From: Neoechinorhynchus agilis
Taxonomy: Eukaryota; Animalia; Acanthocephala
Assembly (NCBI GenBank): GCA_051530055.1
Contig: CM121343.1
Coordinates: 7,628,044-7,692,043, forward strand
Reading direction: 5' to 3'
Length of the DNA: 64,000 nucleotides
The translations under genes and the position numbers were made by a program. The notes under the pieces were generated by a model that made no database searches, was not told the origin of the DNA, and was given only the letters and a program-made list of their open reading frames with translations. Below, piece by piece: positions 53,398-62,854 of the stretch. The number at the start of each line of letters is the position of its first letter. The first letter of the stretch is position 1.

Positions 53398-55258
53398 ATG
53401 CCGGATGCTGGTAGCACTCAATACTACGAAACGGACGACGAAGATCGCTCGTATGAACAGTTTTGCGCTTTTTTTCGCATAGGTAACCGAGACGCCTAAA
53501 TGTGTCGGATGACCCTTCAAACTACCACGTCATTCTCACACACTCACAAAGCTGCGCGCTCCGAAATTCGCATTTCATTAGTGTAGCTGTTGACACGGAA
53601 GAATCGTATTCTGCCTGCAATCTTGGTGTTCAATATTAGGTTGCTCAACAAGGAATCCATTCATTACACGTTTCCATTAGGAGCGCACTACACGGTCGAC
53701 CTTCTTATACGAAAGAATGCTAATGGAACTGCGCGCTGACGTAGACGATTTAGAAGCCATTGTTTACGTTTTAGCGAGTTTTTGTTGTTGTAACTTCTTG
53801 TTTTCATCCGTCTTTTTCAGGAGTTAGCAAGTTCGGTGGTGAGTTGTATTTGGCACGTAGTGATGTTGACCAATCAAAGTCATGGTTTCTGAGTCCGCGT
53901 GGAACACTTTGGTCATAGAATTCATGATGCAAATATTATTGCTTGTCGATTATTGACCTCGAAAAGCTGGATAATTTCGACTCAATTCAAGTAATTATGA
54001 CTTTCATCAATGAGCACGTGAACCGTTGTATTTTGAGGATCTTGTCTTGATAGACAGACGACTTCGACATGAAAATCTGGTCAATTTTTTGAACTTGTTT
54101 GTGGATCGACACACGATGATTATAATCACTCCTTATTATTTGTGTTTGTTTTTCTCTCTCGCTCGATTGCATTCTCTTATCGATCCAAACCGTTCTCCTA
54201 AGCAGGTAGTTGTGAAGAATTGGTTAAGATCAAATGTGGAGGAATAACAGAGATCGACGTCGCAATCATTATATATGAAGTCTTGAAAGCTCTTCAATAC
54301 CTACACCAGCAATATTACATCCATCGGTTTGTGTGTACTTTTGAACCCGTTCTTGTGCTACAAAACATCTTCATGTCCAGTGCCGTCACAAGTGCTAATG
54401 TACTCATTCAACCATCCGACGGCTCCAAACGCCACCACCGAGTACTCCTCGATGGTCTGGAACATGCCATTAGTCAAGTGAAAGCGGATCGAGTACTGCC
54501 CGTCATATTCGACTTCAGCGAATCTCTTGCGCCTACACTCGCCTACGCTAGTCCGGAACTAATATCTCAGAGCGTCGGATACTGCACACAGACGGACATC
54601 TACAGTCTTGGCGTTCTCGCTTGTGAACTTTCAAATGGCGTGAATCCGTTCGATAAAATGGACCTGACTCAAATGCTCCTTCAAAAGATGTGCGGTCATT
54701 CTCCGATGCTCTGGGACAAATCGTGCTTATCAAAAAGTAACAATTTGAGGCCATAGTTCTTTTCTTAGACTCTTTCTCGTTTAGTTGACCGAACAATGCC
54801 CCATATAGAGCACCATGATTACTCGATGATGTCCATTCTGCGATCGAGGAAGTTTTCGTCCTCTTACCACCACTTCATTTCTAAATGTCTTGCGAACAAT
54901 CCATATAAGAGGTAACGAGTGGTGGTGGGATTTGTCGATCAACGACTGATTCGTCGCTGCCGTCCTTACACAAAGGTACACGGCTACTGAACTGTTGCAG
55001 CACCAATTTGTTCGTTCAAACACTCGTCGCAATCACGATTTGATCAAAAGTTTAAAACTAACTGACAATCGATTACGGTCGCAAGTGGTGAACACGGCTG
55101 CGTCTACTCGCCGTCTAGAAGCGTTCACTCACCCAAGTGAATCTTCGTCCAGCGATTACTACAGCCAGTTCAACGAACGTCGTGATAAAAAAAACACCGA
55201 CGACGCCAACGCTGCTGCTGCTGCTGCACCAACGAACTTCAAAGCAACAAAGCTATGA
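53398..55258 (+). CDS. STRADA: STE20-related adaptor (STRAD) pseudokinase, 8 exons
   Basis: IDLEK, LRHENLV, EVLKALQYLHQQYYIHR-AVTSANVLI (no catalytic Asp), YASPEL, DIYSLGVLACELSNGVNPF, TQMLLQK, HFISKCL; six GT-AG introns plus one non-canonical interruption. Confidence 0.88.
53879..53932 (+). other. Non-canonical hairpin intron candidate (STRAD, about 54 nt)
   Basis: GTCATGGTTTCT/AGAATTCATGAT stem; all GT-AG options tried hit a stop or frameshift. Confidence 0.65.
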
Positions 55259-55401
55259 TAGAAAAAGCAACAAAATTATTTACATGAGTGTGTGTAAAGT
55301 TTTTCTTACAATATGAGCTTAATACTATCTGAGAGACAATTCTAAATAAATCATAATTAGAGCGAAAGTGCTTTGTGTTATACAATCACAGAATGACGTA
55401 T

Positions 55402-57285
55402 TTAATCGAGCTGACCAAGTGTGTTCAATTGCTTAAGCACTTTACTTTGACTCGTTTCTCGAATTTCACCAGCCATGAACATTTCCTCCACAATGCTGTA
55501 AACCTGCTAATTTGCAAATCGATGCGAGTGTGCAGAAGAAATAGACGACAGTGATCAAAACGGGGTTCAACTTGCCTTATAAAAATTGAATACCAAGTCC
55601 AGTTCGCAAACATTGTGAAAATACTCATTTAGGACTTCGACAAAGTTATGGATAAGCTCGAGGTATGCTAGACTATTGTCGGTCAAATCAACGCATATGC
55701 AGAAATATAAGCCGGCGTATCGACGGTACACGATTTTGTAATCGCGGAACTAAAACAACAATATGACACTAGCGAAAAAACAAACAAGATCCGTCTTAAT
55801 AGCGTGCTTCTTACCTCTACGAAATTCGTGTGCTTGACCTCACGCACGGTCACCATTGCAAGTGATCTTGGACTTTCGCAAAGCGGTCTTCGAAGGCCAA
55901 ATAAGTTCTTTTTTTAATTATGAACTTTATCACGACCTAACAGCTGAACAACCATAATGCTAAAAGGATTTAAATTTAGAGAGAACCCGGAATGCGGGTA
56001 CGATTCCTTCCATCCGCACACACACACAAAAATAGCGGACGCGTTCGACACTTTCAATCGATTCAATGAGTGCAGTTTTGCTTGAATCGTGAAAATATGG
56101 AATTAAAACTCTAGTCCCCAATTCACTGTGCGATAACTGTTTAAGAATTTTTGCTAAATCTTAACGACAGTCTAGAACTATAAGCTACTTAAAACAGAAA
56201 CTCAAGACGAGAAATTTAATCTAAACAGCAAATACTGGAAGATATCTGTAGTCACAATTAACTCAAAAACCTCTAATTTCAAGAAACAATAAAAGTATAA
56301 TTTCATAGTTAAGAGATGTATTTGAAGATTTTAGCAATTATACGCTTGTCCTCATTTGATAATCTACTTTGTCCAAGATTCAAAAGTAACTTTGCAGAAC
56401 CATTTTTTCGGAAAGGCAAAACTAGAATATGGTATATACTTGTGACATAAATAAACAAACTCAATGTTATTTTCCTTCAACGTAGTTCTAGCGGCTTTTC
56501 GTTTGCGGTTTTACGTGTTTAAGATCATAGTCAGCTGAGTAGCGAAACCCAAAATTTCGGCGCTTAGATATAATAAATGTATTAAACAGGAACGGAATTG
56601 TTGAGAAGAAACTTATTTTATGAAAAAACCCATGGAATATTCAGTGTAGGCACTCCATCCCGATTCTGTAATAATTGCTACTGCAATGCAATCTAAGAGA
56701 CAAACCTAAAAGACTAAAAATTTCGGGGAACTGTCTACGAGTTGTGCTTCGTAAGATAGCCACCACCTTTAAATTTTTTTAGCTCGTTGTTTAAATTAGG
56801 AAATGCCGAAATATTGGGCAAAATAAAGAACGGTATAATGTAAAATGACATGTAAAACATGCATAATGGTGGCAGAATTCGGGTCGTATGGTTCCGTGGC
56901 ACAGGATCTAGTCAATAAATTGTCGAAAAGGGACTGAGACGAATCACTGGCGATCCGAGATTAGGAGCATTCCTTAGACAAAATATTAGCCTTGCTTTGC
57001 AATATCAAGGAACGCTGCATCCGTCCTTTCGACCGTTACACCAGGACGGCAGCTGAATGTGATCCAGAGGGGCGGTGGTGTGAATGTTTACATTTTTGTG
57101 AAAAAAAGATAATAAATTTCGATAGAGAGTAATTTCTTCATCAAGCCGCCATAGACCAAGAACACTTGCATTACAGCATAGGCTTCCTCAATGAGCTTCA
57201 GTTTTTCGTCGTCGTCCAAATCCATGTACCACTTGGCTAGCCGGGTTTTACCTGCTCGGTTGTGTATTAGCACAAACCTAATCAT
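55402..57285 (-). CDS. AP2S1: AP-2 complex subunit sigma, 4 exons (57285-57175, 55856-55815, 55749-55576, 55503-55402)
   Basis: [76 protein letters not shown]; the model gives 142 aa, the length of human AP2S1. Confidence 0.97.
55857..57174 (-). other. Non-canonical intron candidate with terminal inverted repeats (AP2S1 intron 1, 1318 nt)
   Basis: Arms TGCAAGTGTTCTTGG and CCAAGATCACTTGCA (14/15 complementary); no AG acceptor gives the conserved protein. Confidence 0.8.
56978..57088. repeat. Dispersed approx. 110-bp structured repeat, copy 2, inside AP2S1 intron 1
   Basis: Near-identical to 38707-38816. Confidence 0.9.
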
Positions 57286-57330
57286 CTAAAATAACTGATA
57301 GGATGTGCAAAACAAAGATAATAGAAGTGC

Positions 57331-57924
57331 TTATTTATGATCGACGTGTTTAATACCAAGTTTGGCAGCTTTCTTCTTTTTACACAATGACATTTCCTCT
57401 TCTTGCATCTTTCTTAGTTCTTCATAGAAGCTCTCCTTTTGCCACTCATAGGGGCCTATAAATCCATGGGTCGTGTTTGTATCATGCTCACGAATGCTTA
57501 GGTGACTTATGATCTTTTCGTAGATAGTCGGATTCCTAAACGCTTTGTTATTCTGAACAATGTCATCTACATCCCGTCCAGTTCCTTGCATGCATGAATC
57601 CAGGGATTTTAAATGCCGTTTCCAGTCCTCGGAGCAGCACTGGTGAAAGTCAGGCAACAACGTATTTATCATTCTTGTATTCATCTCGTTTCCGTCCAAA
57701 ATGTGGTCGAATTCCTCAGTGGGCATTTCCATCACGTCACTGATCAACATTTTCTCAATTGCTTGTAAAGATCCATGGCTACGTGCTGATAATGTTGAGG
57801 CTGTCTCTTCATCATCAACTTCGTTGTAGCAGTAGACAAGCGGTCGTTGAATTTCATCACGCTTAAATCCGGATATGCTTTTACTAGAAACTTGTCGTTT
57901 TCCTTTGTTGGATGTTTGCGTCAT
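57331..57924 (-). CDS. SAP30BP: SAP30-binding protein (HCNGP family), intronless
   Basis: NKAFRNPTIYEKIISHLSIREHDTN and ESFYEEL HCNGP motifs; ATG 2 nt after CTTTAG. Confidence 0.85.
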   Translation of the reverse strand: MTQTSNKGKRQVSSKSISGFKRDEIQRPLVYCYNEVDDEETASTLSARSHGSLQAIEKMLISDVMEMPTEEFDHILDGNEMNTRMINTLLPDFHQCCSEDWKRHLKSLDSCMQGTGRDVDDIVQNNKAFRNPTIYEKIISHLSIREHDTNTTHGFIGPYEWQKESFYEELRKMQEEEMSLCKKKKAAKLGIKHVDHK

Positions 57925-58285
57925 ATCTAAAGATAGGATTCCAAAGGGATGTAGGAGGCTTAACATTTCTACGAAGTTATTCAAAAATTTAAGGCTATCC
58001 AAAACTCGTTTCATTCGTTCCAAAACCCGCTCTAACGGGGCCACAAGATTTCAAAGTAAATTCCAAGAAACATTACCTACAACATAATGAAACCGATATA
58101 TTTGTCCCATCTCTCAAAAAACCTATATATATGTCACACAATTTATGGAATATACACATGAAAAAACATTGTCGAATTTAGATGTAATCTAAATGAAACA
58201 AAAACACTGCCTTTCGTTTCGAGTAGTGAATCTCGAATCACATAGGCGGCTCAACTTAGTAGATGCGGTCAAATTAACGCGCCGG

Positions 58286-59970
58286 TTAACTGCTCAATGG
58301 TGTGTTTGGATCAGCACCACCGGAAACCAATTTTTCATAAGTACATTCTAAATTTGTGGCCACAGGAAGGCATCCAAGATGGCTGTCGAATTCGGTCCGA
58401 TTAATTGATCGTATTTTCCTCGCCAAGACGATCTTTCTCCCCATCTCGGTTGTAATTGCCTGTTCAAAAGCATATTCAATTCTGAACCCATATCGTTCGT
58501 GACTGGCATGCACTGTTTCCCATTCTCTTTGAGTGTGTCTCGAATAAGGTATTATATGCGCAACCAATCCATCAATAATCAATAAGCGATTGAATAAGCT
58601 GAGCATATCCTGTATAAAACAGTCTCCACCGTATCGAATTTTTTCCCTCATACCGTATGGAGGATCCGTGATTATGGCATCGAATGTACCAACCATTGCC
58701 TTCGAATGGAAAGCATTCATCATTACTAGGTCCACAAAGAATGGAGTGAGATTGTATTGATCCAAATTCGCAGCCATAGTTTCATTCCGTGCCCGTTTCT
58801 TTTGTCCTACACGAGAGGATTTGCCATAGGGATGTACGGTGGTGTAATCCGCTTCGATTCCACAGACCATTGAGCCGTAATGCGCCGCAGCTAACAAAAG
58901 ACTGCCGGATCCAGCAAACGGATCGCATAATCTGGTCAGAATCATGAAAATATAGAAAAATAAAAGATTGATTTGTTGGTGGACAAATTAGAAGGAATCC
59001 AGTTCAAAGCGATTATAACAACTCCATATAAAAAAATCTATAGATATCGATCCTAGCATGCTGAGGCAGTAGCGGAGATTTAGTATGAAATGGAAAACTG
59101 TTTAATTGTATTAAAGTCACAAAAATAAAAATCAAGCGAAAATTTGCTAAAATGGTATTTAGACACAAAGCAGTTAAGCTTAAAAATAAAAAGAATAATT
59201 TGAACGTTCAGTCAGACAGCAAGCGATCGATTTAAAAACGGGAAATTTTCATTATTTGAAAATTCGTAATCCGCTATTTAAAAATTTCCAGTGGAATCGG
59301 TTGATTAGTCCAAAATAATTCTAAATGATTGTTAGCAGACATTCATGATTTCGCTTATTACAAGCATTCCATTTTTCGCACGGATTAAATTAGCCATTAA
59401 AAATGCCAGACAAGGCTCCGTCGACGTCCTTGAGATAAAAATCCTTTTTTTGAGCGAATATTGACTAAGAATACGCCGTTGGCCATCGCTAATCCATTTA
59501 ACAAAATAACACTTATTTTCAGCGTAAATGAGGCCAAATGTACTGCTTGCCATGTCTGAGAGGCATAATTGGCGTCCTTTAGAAAACGCCAGCAAATGGT
59601 CCATTACGTATTCTATATCGTGAAGCTTTTCATTAGAAGCCAATTTCCGTTTTATTGATTTCACGAATACCCGAAATGTTCCCGTCACCGTAATAGGCCC
59701 ACACGAATCCCTCAAATTGTGCAAATCATAAGAAACTCCCAATAACCTGTAGATCGACTTTAACAAAATGGACCTTTGAGCGATCAATTTTGCAACTTCT
59801 TCGCTTCCCAGTTTAACAACCCATATTCCCTCGGAAATATTGGTACTTTCATGATAAATATCTGAAGGTATCGACTTACAAATCGACAAAATCTCAGCAA
59901 CTTGTGCATCTGCAGTGGACAAATGATTTGATGACAAACCAGCAAAATGAAGTAAACAATCCACCATCAT
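58286..59970 (-). CDS. TRMT11: tRNA (guanine-N2)-methyltransferase 11, 2 exons (non-canonical interruption)
   Basis: QRSILLKSIY, YSLKKRIFISRTS, FLMANL, DPFAGSGSLL, FDAIITDPPYGMRE. Confidence 0.92.
58931..59361 (-). other. Non-canonical intron candidate (TRMT11, 431 nt)
   Basis: AATCATGAA/TTCATGATT inverted repeat near both ends; GT-AG splicing leaves a +1 frameshift. Confidence 0.7.
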
Positions 59971-60193
59971 TTCGATTCTACAAGAACGTTTTAATCCATT
60001 TTTTTGTCTATGCGCTTGCATTTCTTTCGGCGAAAGTTCAAATTTATCGAATTCAATAACTCAATTCGTCAAATGATCATTGGCTCTGAAATGAACGTGA
60101 CGCCGGGGAGTATATCAAAATTTCATACTGTAAAGAATCCGTCGGGAAAAGGGCTACAATTTTTTGCTTAGTGTGGCGTAATCTTTATTATTA

Positions 60194-60489
60194 ATACCGA
60201 GAAAATCCATCGGGATGGTAAATTTTGGTTTGTGGTGAACATAATCACCCGGTTAAAAATCATTTTATTCTTCTGAAATATTTCGATTGATAAGGCGAGG
60301 TTTCCTCGTTCGAAATATTTCCTAATAATAAAGTCAAAAAGTCTTTACGGTGGATGGTGAGCACATTGGGTAAATATCCAGGTTATGCTCATATTTAGTG
60401 ACAAAACCTCGGAATATTATTTTATTCCTTGGATTTTAGACACTATTGAAAGCAGAGTTGAGGGAGATTTTTTGTACTAATTCCTGCTC
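60194..60489 (+). repeat. 296-bp Penelope-related dispersed repeat, copy 2
   Basis: Near-identical to 40201-40496. Confidence 0.85.
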
Positions 60490-60509
60490 TACGCGTTCTG
60501 CGATCAATT

Positions 60510-62600
60510 GTTTGTTCATAAGTTCTTTAAATCTAGTTTGAATTTTGTAATTGCCATTCAAAATTACGGAATCCACACGGCTTGGTGACTGGAAAGCTAC
60601 GAGGGTTTTGCATTTGAAAATTCAGTCGTTAACTTAGTGAGCTATATTCGTGATTGAATTTCTTTGATTTGTATTTTTTGGCAATCATTTTTAGCTATTG
60701 TTTCATTACGACTGTTTTCCGATTGACTCCGAGAAATGTCAATGAATTTTTTTTATCTGTAAGTTTCATCCATGGCGTTGGTCCAATGTTCTTTAGGGTG
60801 AACTTTCTAGCGAGGTAAATATTTTAATCTTTGTTTGAGTTTTGTAATCGCCATTCGAAATTCAGGAATCCACTCGGCTTGGTGACTGGAAAGCTACGAG
60901 GGTTTTGCATTTGAAAATTCAGTCGTTAACTTAGTGAGCTATATTCGTGATTGAATTTCTTTGATTTGTATTTTTTGCAATCATTTTTAGCTATTGTTTC
61001 ATCACGACTGTTTTCCGATTGACTCCGAGAAATGTCAATGAATTTGTTTTATCTGTAGGTTTCATCCATGGCGTTGGTCCAATGTTCTTTAGGGTGAACT
61101 TTCTAGCGAGGTAAATATTTTAATCTTTGTTTGAGTTTTGTAATCGCCATTCGAAATTCAGGAATCCACTCGGCTTGGTGACTGGAAAGCTACGAGGGTT
61201 TTGCATTTGAAAATTCAGTCGTTAACTTAGTGAGCTATATTCGTGATTGAATTTCTTTGATTTGTATTTTTTGCAATCATTTTTAGCTATTGTTTCATTA
61301 CGACTGTTTTCCGATTGACTCCGAGAAATGTCAATGAATTTGTTTTATCTGTAGGTTTCATCCATGGCGTTGGTCCAATGTTCTTTAGGGTGAACTTTCT
61401 AGCGAGGTAAATATTTTAATCTTTGTTTGAGTTTTGTAATCGCCATTCGAAATTCAGGAATCCACTCGGCTTGGTGACTGGAAAGCTACGAGGGTTTTGC
61501 ATTTGAAAATTCAGTCGTTAACTTAGTGAGCTATATTCGTGATTGAATTTCTTTGATTTGTATTTTTTGCAATCATTTTTAGCTATTGTTTCATTACGAC
61601 TGTTTTCCGATTGACTCCGAGAAATGTCAATGAATTTGTTTTATCTGTAGGTTTCATCCATGGCGTTGTTCCAATGTTCTTTAGGGTGAACTTTCTAGCG
61701 AGGTAAATATTTTAATCTTTGTTTGAGTTTTGTAATCGCCATTCGAAATTCAGGAATCCACTCGGCTTGGTGACTGGAAAGCTACGAGGGTTTTGCATTT
61801 GAAAATTCAGTCGTTAACTTAGTGAGCTATATTCGTGATTGAATTTCTTTGATTTGTATTTTTTGCAATCATTTTTAGCTATTGTTTCATTACGACTGTT
61901 TTCCGATTGACTCCGAGAAATGTCAATGAATTTGTTTTATCTGTAGGTTTCATCCATATCGTTGGTCCAATGTTCTTTAGGGTGAACTTTCTAGCGGGGT
62001 AAATATTTTAGGCTTAGTTTTAATTTTGTAATCGCCATTCGAAATTCAGGAATCCACTCGGCTTGGTGGCTGGAAAGCTACGAGGGTTTTGCATTTGAAA
62101 AATCAGTCGTTAACTTAGTGAGCTATATTCGTGATTGAATTTCTTTGATTTGTATTTTTTGCAATCATTTTTAGCTATTGTTTCATTACGACTGTTTTCC
62201 GATTGACTCCGAGAAATGTCAATGAATTTGTTTTATCTGTAGGTTTCATCCATATCGTTGGTCCAATGTTCTTTAGGGTGAACTTTCTAGCGGGGTAAAT
62301 ATTTTAGGCTTAGTTTTAATTTTGTAATCGCCATTCGAAATTCAGGAATCCACTCGGCTTGGTGGCTGGAAAGCTACGAGGGTTTTGCATTTGAAAAATC
62401 AGTCGTTAACTTAGTGAGCTATATTCGTGATTGAATTTCTTTGATTTGTATTTTTTGCAATCATTTTTAGCTTTTGTTTCATTACGACTGTTTTCCGACT
62501 GACTCCGACAAATGTCAGTGAATTTGTTTTATCTCTAGGCCTCGAGCATTTCATTGGTCCAATGTTTATTAGGGTGAACTCTTTAGCGAGGTAAATGCTT
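60510..62600. repeat. Tandem array of 7 copies of a 296-bp unit
   Basis: Anchor GTG(A/G)CTGGAAAGCTAC at 60585, 60882, 61178, 61474, 61770, 62066 and 62362. Confidence 0.97.
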
Positions 62601-62854
62601 GAAGCTTTGATAACATTTTCTCTGAAATAATACTTCTTTTATCTATTTCCCAAAACTTAGTATACTTGGAAAGAGGGAAAATAATGGGAACTGAAGTCAA
62701 GTTTCATTATTTTTAGAGACATGAATGTTAGTTCTCCCTCACGTTCACCTTTTTCTAGCATGAGGTTACTTAAGTTGCTCCGATCGTTTTATTTTAATGC
62801 TCGAAACTTGGTTCTTCTTGAATCTTAAAGATAAAGTCACTTTTTGATGCCGAA

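Noticed and set aside
53934-53960. Apparent frameshift in STRAD (IIACR versus IDLEK frames)
   Set aside because: KYYCLSIIDLEK is continuous in one frame; the hairpin interruption upstream explains the frame change
55985-56020. tRNA-like B box (GGTACGATTCC)
   Set aside because: No cloverleaf or A box could be built
55857-57174. U12-type (AT-AC) or self-splicing group I/II explanation for the odd introns
   Set aside because: No RTATCCTT donor or TCCTTAAC branch motif at any of the five sites, four are too short, and no group II end motifs were seen
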